The notes under the pieces are model-generated. The model saw nothing but the letters and a program-made list of their open reading frames with translations. It did not search any database and had not been told where the DNA came from. A stretch of DNA of 58,548 bases, the filler included, from Sphacelaria rigidula (lineage: Eukaryota), in the NCBI GenBank assembly GCA_964200075.2. It is 8 parts of 8 records of this genome, joined end to end, with 100 filler letters (N's around TTAATTAATTAA, not from the genome) between each part and the next. Parts side by side here need not be neighbours in the genome. Positions count along the whole stretch, not along the records: positions 21,995 to 29,225 come from CAXNAA020015850.1; positions 29,326 to 36,556 come from CAXNAA020015851.1; positions 36,657 to 43,887 come from CAXNAA020015852.1; 5 more parts are not named here. The stretch is one strand, 5' to 3'. The translations under genes and the position numbers were made by a program. Below are positions 24,435-37,741 of the stretch, piece after piece; the first letter of the stretch is position 1, and every line of letters starts with the position of its first letter.

Positions 24435-27106
24435 GAGCAATGCCGACGGCATACTTCTGGTTCAGTCTCCACAGTCGTATCGTTCTCCGACGATGGAGTT
24501 GTGCAGAGCACTTTGAGGGAAGTTAGAAAGGCGGCAGAGGACGGCAAGAATAATCCTGGCAGAGCACCCCTGGTAAGACTTGAACACTTGAAAACCCACC
24601 ACGACAAAACACTTTTTTTTTTTTTGCTTGCAGTCTCTGAGGTCCCGAAATTTCGTAATGTGGCCTTGAAATTTCATTTTGCACATCAGTTAGAATGGTT
24701 CTGATTAGCGCTTGACCCCCTATGAATAGAAGCGATGTCTTCTCCACTGTGTGACGACGCGAATTACGAAGCGACGTCAGCACACCACGAGGAATGGCTC
24801 GAAATCAATGTTTTTTTATATTCATCGTGCTAGTGATGTCTCTCACTCACGGTCAACTTCAAACAGACGTGAATTTTTTGCAAGGGAGCTCTAGATACTC
24901 TGAGACCACGACTCGGTTGGGAAAACAAGACCGTCCGGAAAACGTTGTCTTTCCGAGACCGTTTTGGCCGACAAGAAAGCACGGAATTAGATTTCGAACG
25001 TACCCGTTGTGGGCGCAGGCGCAAGGTGGCTTTCTTTGTTTTCTTAGCGGTGGAGTTGAATGTACTGTCCCGAGAAAAAAAAAAAAGCAGTACTGCAGGG
25101 CAGAAAACGTGTGCTGACGGTAAAATTCGAAAGCGCCACCCTTTGTTCAGGGTTAGCGTAGCTAGGAAGATCTGCGTCAGGCAGCTGCTCAATACGGTGA
25201 GAGCTCGTCCGTGTATCGAATGACCAATCGAAGCAGTGGAGGAGGTTGTGGAGGGTCATGGCCGGACGGACGGCACATGGAAAATTGTCGTTTTTTGGGA
25301 GGTGCGGGGAGGGGGTAGGGTGTGTGTGGGCAAAATACAAGAAACACGTTTGGTCCGACGTCGTGTCCGCTCAGCCTAACGGCACCCACAGCGAGACCCA
25401 GGGTATGAGCAAAAGATCGAAGCGCATTCGTTCCCTTCGAGAACATGCAGTCTTTCAAGAGCAATTCGCGTCGGAGAACATGAGTATGCACTGTATGGTT
25501 CTAATATGCTGTGCTGTTTCTGACAGCAGTTCTCCGTTCTCTCTTGTCGTTTGTGTTCGTGTTTTGTGCTTCTTTACAAGTTTGATGTGACCTTGGAGGT
25601 TGGTGTTGCTCGCAATTTTTTTTCCAGGTGATCGATCTCTCACGTGTTGCTCAAGGGGTTGAGGCAAGAGGTTCGTTGCCGAAGCGCAAGCAGTGCATGT
25701 AGCAGTCGCCCTTGCTCCGATTGCTCCCCACGTGTCTGTGATTATTGTCGCACGGTAGTGTGTATGGATGTATGATTGTCGGAGGGGGCAATGGTTGTAC
25801 GTGTGACGGTGTGCGGCGCTATCGAAAATATTTGGGGGCATGCACAGTCGATCGTCTCACTTTTTGATGATCGAATGTGCATACATATCACCGATGATGG
25901 AAGTTTCGACCACTTTATTGCCGCGAACGCAGAAGTCGGCGTCTTCACAATATTTGCATGGCATACCCTCCTAACTTGGTATTTTCAAAAAGTTGAACAA
26001 CCGTGACCATGACGATGATCTCAGACGGCTATTTTGTTTTCTCCCTCGTAAAGTGTTGTGAGCCATTAATGAAAGTGACGCTGCTGAGAACGCACTCATG
26101 CACCAGGAGAGTGACGCCTCTTTGACGGTCTAGTATTACCTCGGCCGTGCTGTTCATGCCCACACTAGAAATGTGCTTTATCATAGGTGTACCACCTCGG
26201 CTTGTGGGTAACAAATCTGTAGTCTCACGGGAGTCACCAATCTCTCCTCCCATACCTGCCTGACTTATCTCTACCGACGATTTGGATCAGCACGCTCGCA
26301 CCCGGCCGACTCCCGCCTCTTTCCTTTTTTACATTCCCCGAGCGTTCATTGACGGTGAAAGCAGATTCTGCTCAAGTAGATACGTCTGGATTTGAACCCG
26401 CGACGTTCGGCCCTAACTGGCCGTATTAATAGTTACGCCACCACCTGGGGCGCGGCGACTTGAATCTAATTAGAGTCGGACATCAGCTCTGAAGGGCGCG
26501 GAAGGGGTAGGGGACTCGCGATCTTGAAACAATTTGGCAAATTTTTATCATTTTTCCAAACCTGATTTAACAATAGATAGCAATGTGCTGCTGTGCGGGG
26601 TGTGGACCCAATAAACATTATCCTACTGTACTGAACGTGAAAGTTCCAAGCGCCCGGCGCGACGTTCAAGACGTCCCAATGTGCACGTGGTGCGCACTGT
26701 TCTGAATCAGATCTCGACCCCCCCACCTCTCCACCCACCGCCTGCAAAACAACAGGTGTGGGCAGAGCTCGAGGGCCCCAAAACTCCATCTCTCCAAGAG
26801 GTGTGCGCTGCGGCTGCAAAGGGACCGGCCGGCGCACAGGCCTTTTTGTCTAAGCTAGACGAATCTGCACGATCAGTAGGGCACGAAAAACGAATAATTC
26901 GGGTGTTGGACGAGCTTCCCAAGGGGGTGTTGGTGGTTGTGGCATGCCAAGGCATCAGTCCCGAATTGCCGCGTAAGCTGGACAAGCAGAGGAAGGCTTG
27001 CGAGGATCGACGATGCGCATCGGTGTGGACGAAAGAGCAGGGGAGGGTGTTGCTGGACCTTGAGGGACGAGCTAGGGATGGGTGCGCGTTTTTCGTTATC
27101 ACTTGA
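24435..27106 (+). CDS. 3' end of a Rex1/REXO5/SDN-like DEDDh RNA exonuclease gene. Exons 24435-24572 and 26756-27106 (stop)
   Basis: C-terminus LDELPKGVLVVVACQG...WTKEQGRVLLDLEGRARDGCAFFVIT* resembles the Rex1/SDN5-type tail (LP..TL.+V..G...W...E..L...RAR.G..F). Phase-0 AG/GT sites. The catalytic domain is not in this contig. Confidence 0.62.
26030..26455 (-). mobile_element. Possible second tRNA-related SINE, intronic
   Basis: Minus strand has GGTGGCGTAAC...GCGGGTTCAAATCC (A/B-box-like) at about 26445-26388; only one copy seen and the 3' end is uncertain. Confidence 0.35.
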
Positions 27107-27455
27107 TGATTTATTGTTTTGGGGTAACTCTGAGGGGACATCATCGAGTCATGATGGAGGTGACATATTTATGCAAGTTTGTTGCCCAATGTTCGTCTTA
27201 TCGACTTGTCGACAGCACAAGAGTGCCGTATCAACAAATCAGTGTTTATGATCGTGAACTGAGAAGTGCTAGCGGGAGGAAGCATCGTAGGGGTCAGCAG
27301 TGTGTGCTGTTCGTTGTCGTGAAATGATTGAGATTTTAGGGTTAGAGTTTAGGGCTAGGGCTAGGGTTGGGGTCGGAGACTGGACACTTTGCCGCAAAGG
27401 AGAGCATGTTGTGCGGAAAAAATTACTAACGCTTATCTCTCTTGTTTTATTTCTT

Positions 27456-27826
27456 CATTTCTTATTTTACTCTGTTTTCGGGGTCTCAGAAGAAGCCGCT
27501 CAATAAGCGCTTCTATCTCATGTAAGGAATAGTACTAGCGGTGACGGGACTGAAAAGGCGAGCCCACGTCTGCGACCACGGGTTTGAGAGATCGGGCTAA
27601 TGTGCGGAAATAATAATAATAATAAACTCGAAATTCCTACCGTTTTCTCATTTTACCTTGTCTTTTGGAGTGTCAGAAGAAGCCGCTCAATAAGCGCTTC
27701 TATCTCATGTATGGAATAGTACTAGCGGTGACGGCACTGGAACGGCGAGCCTACGTCTGCGACCACGGGTTCGAGAGATCGGGCTGATGTGCGGAAGTAA
27801 TAATAGTAAACTCAAACATTCTTACC
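27456..27826 (+). repeat. Tandem dimer of an about 187-bp retroposon-like unit ending in (TAA)n; partial third copy at 14664-14735
   Basis: cagaagaagccgctcaataagcgcttctatctcatgta...gaccacgggtt.gagagatcgggct.atgtgcggaa.taataat starts at 27487 and again at 27674. Confidence 0.9.
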
Positions 27827-28632
27827 ATCTTACATGCTACATAGAACAATGTCTTTGTGAGATTGAAAGTAGAGCGCAGATTAAGAGTGGGTTTCATCAT
27901 TCGCTTCAACTTGATCAATTCTTCAATCTGTGTGTACTTTTCATTGCCTGTAACACTGGCTCGTGCTACAACTACACGTCGATATCCTACTCGGATATCA
28001 AGGACTCCAGTGGCAAGCTGCAACAGAAAGCGTACCGGGCCTCGTATAGGGGCATTTCGGAACTGAAAATATTCTTCACCAATTGACCGCTTCTCACCCT
28101 CAATCGTATCCTCTCTCGATCTCACGCAAACGTTTGTTATGATGGTTTAAAAAATGAATGAATAGCACACACCAGAAAATAATCGCCGTGATGATCGGAG
28201 TGTGCTTCATGGGGTGCCACTAGTGCGTGCTTTTGCCCCGGAGCATGATAGGAAAACCGCGCAGAAAAAATCCCGATGGTTTCCGGTTCGACGTTCTCCG
28301 TCGATGGCCTCTGAAAATCGTCAAACGGAAAAAATGCCGTACCCGCTATTCGTTACACTGTGTGATGCTTGACGGTGTGTGGCTGGAGGGGAGATGACTT
28401 GCTTGTTCCCGTCTACAGTAGCATTTCTTGTGGCGAGGGGAAAAGGAAAGGATGTGATATTGCGCCCGAAACTCATCGCGCCGCACGATCCGGGCTGACG
28501 AACGCCGAGGATGCGCAGCCGTGAGTAGCGGCTGAAATATTGGGACATGATCTGGAAAAGCCTGGTAGACATAGCATGCACCAATCACTCGAGGCTTGTC
28601 CGGGAGTAACGGGGAGATGTATAGCATCTAAT

Positions 28633-29069
28633 ACGGGATTTTACAAATTGGGGATGGATTTTTTTGAGGTTCAAAAACCCGGGGAATTAAAACCTTCGTA
28701 TCCACACCAAATCTTCGAAATATGATTCCATTTCTTCACTTGCTGGTAGTGACTGACAACTACTACACGCCATACAACCTTGGATTTCGACAACCCAAAT
28801 GCTAGGGTCCTAGGTGAAAAAACAATTTTGGGGAATTTCGGCGATCTGATCGGATGATTTAAATTCTTCCAAATTGATTCGTCATATAGGACCCCAACAT
28901 GTCGGTTATCAGGATCCAAATTTGTATGGCGTGTAAAGTAGTTGTCAATAGCTACCAGTAGATAAAGGAGTGGAACTATATTTCGAAGATTTGATATGGA
29001 TGCGAAGATTTTAATTCTCCGGATTCTCATCCTCGATGAAGAACCCATCCCCAATTAGTAAAATCCCGT
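28633..29069. mobile_element. Foldback/MITE with about 180-bp imperfect inverted arms
   Basis: The left arm acgggattttacaaattgggatgg...aatcttcgaaatat...ctggtag...tgacaactac..acacgccatacaa...gggtccta matches the reverse complement of 28887-29069. Confidence 0.88.
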
Positions 29070-32000
29070 GGTACGTGTACGAGAGGGTACTGACCACCCA
29101 TGAAAGTTGCTGTGACCGAAACAACGGGCAGTTGGTGGTTCAGAAGACCGAGAATGAGAGCCGGTCGCCCCGGTGGCTCAGTTGGTAACCTCGTAACCTT
29201 CTGGTGGTTGAGTTGTGGGGTTCGANNNNNNNNNNNNNNNNNNNNNNNNNNNNNNNNNNNNNNNNNNNNTTAATTAATTAANNNNNNNNNNNNNNNNNNN
29301 NNNNNNNNNNNNNNNNNNNNNNNNNAGGAGCCCCTGAACCAGACAAAATTTCGCGAAAAAAGTGCACCCCTACCGTAGCATTGCTCGACCACCCTGGAAT
29401 TTAGCAGTTCGGTAGGTATTGGTGATTCCGATGGAAAGCATTTTCATAATTTGTCGCTGTGTGTGAGTGTGTATTTTTTTTGCGCCCTTTACCGGCCTCC
29501 GGGGGTCTCGGCGTGAAGCCCCCCGGAAGCCGGTACAGAATGTCTCACAGAGAAAAAAGAAAGTTGTGCGTCCTGGAGTAAACAAGGAAACATTGTACAA
29601 AATATCAAAATATCGTTGCTGCGTAACTCGAAAACCTGATCAAGCTTTTACTCGTTGTGACGAACGCAAACGACGCACTACAATCATCCTTCATCGCACA
29701 AAGGCGCAAAACTTCACGCCGTGTTTTGGAGTTAGACTGAAATGTGCACACATGTACTCTGAGTCGCTAAGAAGCTTTGGATAAACGCGTTTTTATCTAC
29801 CCTCATTTTTCACCCGTCACAGGGAGGCTCCTTCCTCCCTGAGACCCCCCAAGAGACCCGTGGGACCCTCAAAATCCGGTGAAATAAAAAAAGTAACGAA
29901 AAAACATTGTCCATCAGAAGTTTTGAAGTGACTCGATGTACATCTGTGCAACATTTCAGAGTCTCGGCGTGAAGTTTTGCCGATGAATACATTTTCGGTG
30001 ATAGCGCGAGCCAGCTTGTGATAACGTTTTGCCAAAAACCATGAAAATAATACAATTTACGACCGGTTCGCGTAAACTTACGTCCTCAAATTCAATCCCC
30101 ATGAGTGATGAACCACGTTCCCCCCGAGAAAAAAGCACGGTCAGCTTCCGCTCAGCTGTTTTTTACAGCATCATGTTATCCCTTGGACCGCGGTGAGGGT
30201 AGTTCATCTGGATCACGCACACTTTTTTCAAGTGAATATTGATGTCGATTCAGCAGGTGACCTACCCTCGCGGTCAAGGGGTTAACCTCACAAGCTTGAA
30301 CATCTGAAGTTGCACCATAGCCGCAGAAACGGTCATTGAGTGTTCGAGCACGTATGAACCGTTGTACATCAAGTTGACAAAATGTGAACGTACAGACGGC
30401 ATCGGTCCGCATGAACCGAGGTCGCGGGCATGTGTCTGAAAGAAAGAGGGTCCAGTAATGTAATGCAACTTACACAGCACATCGCAAACCACAAACCACA
30501 TCAAACCCGGAGCACGGACGAGGGAGGGTGTTTCAACTTTATACGGTAGCTAACTACAAAAAGTGGAAAGCACAATCGATGGAAACGACTTCCCTCGCAG
30601 CGTAGCCCTACATTAGGCACACGGTGGCTACCTGTGGCTGAGTGATTTCGAGATTGCGGCAGCGCAGGCACGGGTGTAGCACAAATCATGCATCCTGTGC
30701 AGACCATAACACTTGTACAATCAGCAACCACAGCGGATATCACGGGGCGGGTATGTTTTGTAGGACTTGCGCATACGCGGCACGTATAGTGTCGTAAGGC
30801 AACCCGCATGAACTACAACTACAACTACAACAGTACAGCAGAGTACCTTTCGAACTAATACACCAGGACTAAAGCTCTGATGAGCAAAAGTAACAGGCAG
30901 ACGGTATGGTGCAGCAAGTGGCACGTCTGACGACCCGCTTCCTCTGGTGAAGATATTTTTCATTTTTCGAGCTTCCAGGCAAACCACAGATGCCCGGAAT
31001 TCCAAACTGCGGGGTGTTGCTGCACCGCTCTGTTCTGTGCCGTACGTAGTACGTAGTAGCATGATTTTCCTCAGATACGATATCGACACCCCCGAAGGAT
31101 AAGTCTGACTCCTTTTCCCGATGATCCCATTGAAAATATGACATATATACCTTTGAAGAAGCGGTACTGTACCGGGAGATCAGACTCTTTTTGTCAGAGC
31201 AAATCGACTAAAAAAGCTTGCAATGGAGGGGTGCTATACGTCGTGACATACAGGTAGTACGAAAGGTCGAATCTAAAAAATCATTGTTCCGCAGACCTCC
31301 AGGTGTAACGTGTCTGTACGGTGGCGTACGTGACGCCAACAGCAATCAAGGCTGAGATAAACGCCCCCTACAACAGTGCTGCACAACGTTCTCACCTTTT
31401 GACACATTGGGCGCAACCACACCAGCAGCGACAGCGGAAATACCAGCGACAGGACAACAATACAAGTTGAAATGATAGGATGGAGACAAGACAGATGTAC
31501 TGTACTGAGTATCGATGTATAGTACTCAGTATCGAGTATGCTATATCCCCTTTTTTGTTTTTACAATCGATTCTGAGATTATCAGGCCCGTGACCACAAC
31601 AAATGTATTCATTGACGTCATTACCATCTTTATTCGAGAATAAATAATAATAATACTTCGAGGTATATTGCACTACAGTATACATTTTGTCCGTAAGCTG
31701 CGCGCACTGTCGCTGGTATTGCACTCTGAATTACCCATATCCGTTCCCCATTCTAAGCTGTACTTAAAGTGGTTTTCAGTTGATACGAGTAGCCACATAC
31801 AAAGTTTCGTTACAAATGGAAGGTGCAGCGACGATACGGATATATATGTTATTATTATGTATATTATGTATTATACAACACAACAGCTCGTCAATTTGTG
31901 CAGCACGCAAAACAATATACGCGATACTTGGTCACCCCGAAATAGCCTGCTGTCGTATACACTTTTCTCTTTCGTTCGTTCACCTGGATAACATCCATCT

Positions 32001-32081
32001 TGTGAGCACGGCTGAATTCTTACCTGCGAGATTCAACGAATGTATGATGACCAATCGAGTCAATGGAATCGATATCTCCCT

Positions 32082-32636
32082 TGGTTTCAGCTTCGTATGC
32101 GCGCATAAGATTCAGCTTAATTTGGCTTTCTGGGGCAAAAACTAAGTTATTTTTATTTAAAGCTTAAAGGTTAAGGCGAGCATAACATTTCTGACGAGCT
32201 CATAATGTGCTTGAAACCAACATAAAGGTGCGATAAAGTTTTATGCGCTTCCTCCAGCGATTGTAGCAGCTGTCTGAAAGTGCCCCCTATCGTCTGTGAC
32301 GCGACTATTAATAGTGACTCCTCACCCGTCACCAGACAGGCTTCAATACTCCAAACTGCCATGGTTGCGGGTCTGATCCGGAAACATTTACGTGTATATT
32401 TGATATACGTGATACTATATTGAATTGAAAAGTATAACCAAACCAAGATTTTGTGCATTAGTTGCATACCGGGTCACTACCCACTACAGCGTTCATGCTT
32501 TAGCTCCTTATGCGTGTATAAGGTTTGGCTTAATTTGGATTTGGGGGGCTTAAAATAAGTTTTTTTTCAAAAGCTCAAGGCGAGCGAAAAAAATGAGCGT
32601 ATATCTTTTTTTAACGCGCAGACGAAGCTAAAGCCT
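32082..32636. mobile_element. MITE-like element with TIR GG(C/T)TT(T/C)AGCTTCGT(C/A)TGCGCG and an internal direct repeat
   Basis: Left ggtttcagcttcgtatgcgcg, right cgcgcagacgaagctaaagcc; gcttaatttgg...aaggcgagc is repeated at about 32115 and 32528. Confidence 0.6.
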
Positions 32637-32963
32637 ATACTAATAAAAAGAGTACATTTAGAGAGTAAAACAAAATAATTATTGTTGGGGGATGGGATGG
32701 GATGGTTGATTGGTTGGTTGATTGGTTGGTTTTGTATTTTGTTTTTTGGAGAAAGGAAAGACAAAATCTCGCAGCTCCTTTTATATGAGAGCCGTGACAA
32801 GATTTGCTACGCGTCGAAACTAGGCTTTATCCACACCTTCCGGGTCGGCCCGTGCAACCTTGCTTCTGGATACGGCAGTGTAGCTTGGGTCGTGGGGCGA
32901 ACGTTAAACCTCTACAGGCTGTCGTGGGAGCTGGCAGCCTGCGTACATTAGTCATTGGTGGGT

Positions 32964-33171
32964 ATGTTGCGATCGCTGTTTGGACAAACCGATGCGGATA
33001 AAACCAGCAACAACACATCAGATATGAACGGAACCGGAGGCACTGGCAAGACTCAACAAGGTGATGATGGTGCTGCTGGTGTTGCGGCTGCCGCTAGTGC
33101 ACAGAGAGAGGCGATCGAGGCGAATAAGGGCGGATTCTTCAAGTTAAACCCTGCGGAGGTTGTCGCTCCTG
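32964..33171 (+). CDS. Probable first coding exon of an unknown protein (MLRSLFGQTDADK...FFKLNPAEVVAP)
   Basis: ATG start, protein-like composition and a strong G|GTGAGT donor; downstream exons uncertain (candidate near 34670). Confidence 0.55.
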
Positions 33172-35147
33172 GTGAGTGTGGAATGCGGGAGGGGGCGCCT
33201 GCCAAATCATGTATGAGGATAAGGTCGACGGTGGAAGGGTACGCCGCTGCTGCGGTGCTGTTGTTTATGGTCAATGGTGCGAACTGTGAAAGCTCCATCA
33301 TGCTCTCTTGACGTGAACAGTCGAACCTTATCCTCGACCCAACAGAGGGTCGGTTATGATATGCTCGACAAATACATTTCCGTGGAACTTCGAGGTGAGA
33401 ATGGACGAGGGGGATCCTTTGCGGGGGACAAGTGGTTGTTTATGAAACGTACCAGGACCATTCTGCATTTCTGATGAAAACACACAAGATAGATTTGCCC
33501 CATGCAAAGAGACGTCTGCGCACAGCACTGCTGACAGCCGGGACCGTCGGGAAGCTGGGGCAGAATGGGCTTTATACACCTAGTGTATGGTAACTGGTGT
33601 AGAATTCCCGACAATCGGGCTTAGTTTCGCGGTTTGAATATACAAAGGGCCTGCTTTTCCAACCAGCCTTGAACCAGTGGAGGTGTCCGCCAAGCAGTCA
33701 TGTGTCGTGGCGGCGAAACGGTTGCACTGCAGCTGGACTGGTCTGTAGTGGAGCGATACTTCGTATCCAGACAGGTGGGACATGATACACCCTCTTGGGA
33801 TGATGGCGCTTGGCCGAAGCACGGTTGTGATTTCCCGACATGCTTCTTTTTCGTGGCCCGTAAGGCTTGTTGAGCCTGGGCGGCGCGATGAAAGCGGAAA
33901 CTTGCCCGGCTCTATCGTGTCACGTTCTTGGGAACGGAAGACTGTAGCGAAGGCAACACGTTTCTTTCTCGTGGTTCTCGTGGTGCATGCCCTGTCTCGA
34001 GCAGCTGAGCGGGGCGCCGGGCTCTTCGTCGAATCATCAAACCAACTACCCGATCGGCTGTCTGGCAATTACCCAATTCGAACGTTTCGTCACGAGAAAT
34101 GAGCACTCGAGCTGCTGCGTTGGGTATCGACGATATATATGGGGCCGCCGTGTTGTGCTTGGCCGCTTCCCCCCCCCCCCTGGGTCCCACCAACTGTTGT
34201 AATATGTAATATCTGTCGCAAGACGCGAGCACATCCGTTGAGTACCGACATAGATATGTTGCATTTCTGACGATTTGGTAGTGCATCTGGAGCAGTATAC
34301 AAACGACTCTATTATAGGCACAGTATGAGTATAAGACGCGCATCAGTTCGTCCCCGCGAAGGTATGGGAATTGTCGCTCTCGACTCGACATATCCTGAGA
34401 CCCTCTTGCGGGGTTTCGTTGCAGGGGATCCATGTCCCGATAAGTCGAAACATGGTGACAGACTCACTACATAAAAGACAGTTCCGAGGATAGGTTTCGT
34501 CGCGGGCGGTGCGCTCTCGGTTTACAGAAGTTACTCGCATTTGAGGAACGTCCTGAATTGGCGCTTCAGGAACTATCCTACAGTATAGGTAGTACAGTAC
34601 TTCTAAAGCCCGGAGATACTCACCGGATTATTTTCATATTAAGCTATGGCATTGAGAGCATGTTTCACAGAGCCTGGTCTCTGCGGAATAGAGTCCTCCA
34701 AGGGGCAAAAGCTAAGCGCTCGAGGAGTGATGATGAGGGCAAAGAAAAGGGTAGTTGGGAGGTCGACGCCCATGGCTTGGAAAAGAGGCACGCATTTGAC
34801 TCTTCCCATGGAAATCGGAGCAACAATTTCATATCAAGGGCAAGGACGGCTAGGACTCTGGGGCAGTAATGGAGAGTCCCTCGAGTACACCCGATGGGTC
34901 ACACACAGCGTATATTTTAGTTCCACCTCCGTTCCCTCTCCCTTCATTAGCCTGAAAGAAGTATTGTGTGCTTTGGCTGAAAACCAACATGAGGGCAGCG
35001 TGTAGACCTCTACGAGCGACTACATCAGCTGCAGGAGTAGTCCAACACTTGTTGATAACTCGCGAGGTGGGCTGATATTTCCCTGCACGCTTTCACTAGG
35101 GTAGCGATGCGGTAATGTCCGTGCAAACTCCATCACTCAGTCACCTT

Positions 35148-35174
35148 TATATATATATATATATATATATATAT
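35148..35174. repeat. (TA)n microsatellite (also 84-112 and 14795-14817)
   Basis: Seen directly in the sequence. Confidence 0.9.
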
Positions 35175-36293
35175 CTACCATATCGTTTCGATCGTTTTAT
35201 TCACGGACAGTTCGTACCAATGTCTCAAAGCTCAGTACCATTTACTCTCAACACGTAACTCAACTCTAGTTTATGCGGTCTGGCTACTTGGGGCAAGCCA
35301 GTTATTTGGATCCAGACAGTGTTACCAAATTCGGGCTATAATAGTGAAAAATTGGGGTGTCGCATGATTTTTCACATCTGTCCCACCCCTTGCGCTCCGC
35401 TGTCGTATTCTATTTTGTTTTTTTCACATCGTGGCCAGTGCATGATGACTGGGCTTCTACTTTGGTTCGTAGACTACGCTTGTTTTCGCCGGAAGCCACC
35501 AATATTTTGTTTCCGGGTCATGTTTTTGGATTACTGTTCCGAGAGCCATGGAAAACTGTTGTCCCGAAATGACCATTATCCCTCATCACCACCTCTTGTG
35601 CGATCAGAGAACAAGCAGTCTGTTCCTTTGTCCGACAGCTGAAAGATGTTGGGAGTATTTTTTTTCCTTCGTCATGCCGCATGGGAAGTGTATATTGACT
35701 GACCTAACACGAAGCCAGCCAATGATCGGGAGTCGTGAGGGATAGATAAACCACTTATTGGTTAATACAATGCGACAATCGATCAGTCTATCATCTCAAC
35801 CGCCAACTCTGCGGCATTGTGAACGATGGATATAATTTCTTTATTCACTGCTGAAGGGTGAGGAGTTTAACGACCAGCAGACCTCACCTGGGCTCGAACA
35901 GGCTCCTCGTGTCTGTATGAGAAAGTGAACTCCGAATGTTTGACTCGTCAAGAAATCGGACGTGAGTCTGTGATATGTGTGTGTACAGAAACCCGAACCT
36001 AATGAGTAGTTTCATTTAGTTTGCGTTATAGCACTCACGCGTCTTGAACAAATATAAAGACATTATGCTGTGCGGTCAAATTGATTTCTGCCAGATGCGT
36101 CCAGTTTGGCAGTTTTGTTCTTCTTCCTCGGGTAATATCTGATTTCCGCTGTTTTGGAAACGTGAGGACGTGAGGAGTAGCAAAAAAAATCCGTTTTAAC
36201 TTGAGTTTGCCGGACGATAGTCGATACGGTGCGGGAGTGCTGATCCGATCTGCAATACCGAAAGGTAAGGCGGGTTGGGAAGGAGGGAGGGGG

Positions 36294-36364
36294 GTGCGTA
36301 CTCATTTGTTGCTTGCCTTGGTCGTTTGACCATTGACCACGCATCCCTTTCGAGACGGAGCACG
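36294..36364 (+). mobile_element. Interspersed repeat B (about 70 bp); other copies at 36522-36556(+), 43988-44053(+), 51108-51175(+), 54917-54984(+), 55091-55158(-)
   Basis: gtactcatttgttgcttgcct.agtc.tttgaccattgaccacgcatccctttcgagacggagcac, usually preceded by a G-rich run. Confidence 0.85.
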
Positions 36365-36656
36365 TGTTTGAAGAGAGATGGAAAGAGCTCGGAAATGGTA
36401 CGTACCAGCTACAACTGGCCATTATTATCATGGTAATGATGATGATAGTTATATGAAATTTTTGGACAATGGGTTCAAACCATTCTTTACCGCTACCGGC
36501 TTTATAAGCCGTTACCGGCTACGTACTCATTTGTTGCTTGCCTTAGACGTTCGACCNNNNNNNNNNNNNNNNNNNNNNNNNNNNNNNNNNNNNNNNNNNN
36601 TTAATTAATTAANNNNNNNNNNNNNNNNNNNNNNNNNNNNNNNNNNNNNNNNNNNN

Positions 36657-37145
36657 AGGGCGGTGGTGCGGCCGTAATAAATAGATTCAATTTGAACTCG
36701 GGGGGTGTTAGTCATCATTGATTTTGCCCACATCTGACCCTCTGGGGGCCCGACGAGAACAAGTGCCACACGCCAGTTGAGGGGGGTGTATGAGAGATCA
36801 AACACTTGTAAAGACCTCTTTAATTTGCAGCGTGAAAACAAATACGTATGGTGGTGACCCAACTATTTCTAGTGTGGCGCATAGGAGTCCGTCCATGCTG
36901 CAACCTGGGGCACACGCTGGTCGCTGAACACCTGGGTAGACTACGAGTAGCTTTCCAGAATTATTCCGATGTGAGGAAATCATGCATTACAAGCTGGGAC
37001 GAGAGTGCTCTACGATCAACTACTTGTCGTTGCATTTGAGATCCACGCCATCAACCGCCGACAGCCAAGGTCTTGTGGCTTTCATGCAACACTGTCGGTA
37101 GTACGGCAGGCAAACCCGATCATAGCTAGCTTTCGTTGCTCTACC
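36657..37145 (+). pseudogene. Degenerate partial second copy of the KDZ transposase 5' region, inverted relative to 42510-43010
   Basis: Shared blocks gatcaaacacttgtaaagacct, cattacaag.tggg.cgag, gagtgctcta..atcaac..cttgtcgttgcatttg and cacgccatcaaccgccgac..tcttgtggctttca. Confidence 0.85.
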
Positions 37146-37175
37146 GCACTTACTCGCGACCGAAGTTCGCAACAG

Positions 37176-37599
37176 GTATGAAAACTAAACACTTTGATTT
37201 TTCTAAAGTACATCCCCCCAATTGAAACGACTCTCAAGACCTGAGGGAAGGTGGCCGCCTCGGGTCCGGGTGAACACGCCAAGATACCGTCGAACAGCAA
37301 TATCAAACTCTTCTGGGATTGGTATCAGGCAGTCCGTGGAGAGCGGAACAGAAATCGACAAGTTACCGTTCGTATTAGAAAACAATGCGCATGAAATGTT
37401 TTGCAGGTTGGAAAACATGCATTTTTATTGAGAAAAAACTATCCGTACCCCCATTAGTTTTGTATGCGGTTGAAAAACCTCTACCGTCCTTCGTTAATAC
37501 CTGGCGGGGGGACAGGAAAGCCGTCCTCCCTCAGGTCTTGAGAGTCGTTTTAATTGGGGGGATATAGTTGAGAAAAATCATAGTGTTAAGTTTTCATAC
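37176..37599. mobile_element. MITE (424 bp) with about 75-bp TIRs
   Basis: Left gtatgaaaactaaacactttgatttttct...cccccaattgaaacgactctcaagacctgaggga matches the reverse complement of 37527-37599. Confidence 0.9.
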
Positions 37600-37741
37600 T
37601 GACCGTACAAAGCACCCGGGAATCAAATTGCAACGTATCAGCACAGATACGGTAGCATTGGCTCTTCAAAGTGCAAACGCCGAGAAGCAACTTCGTTCAT
37701 CGGCGACAGAAGCTCCTAGCAAGCAAGACCATCTGTACGCC

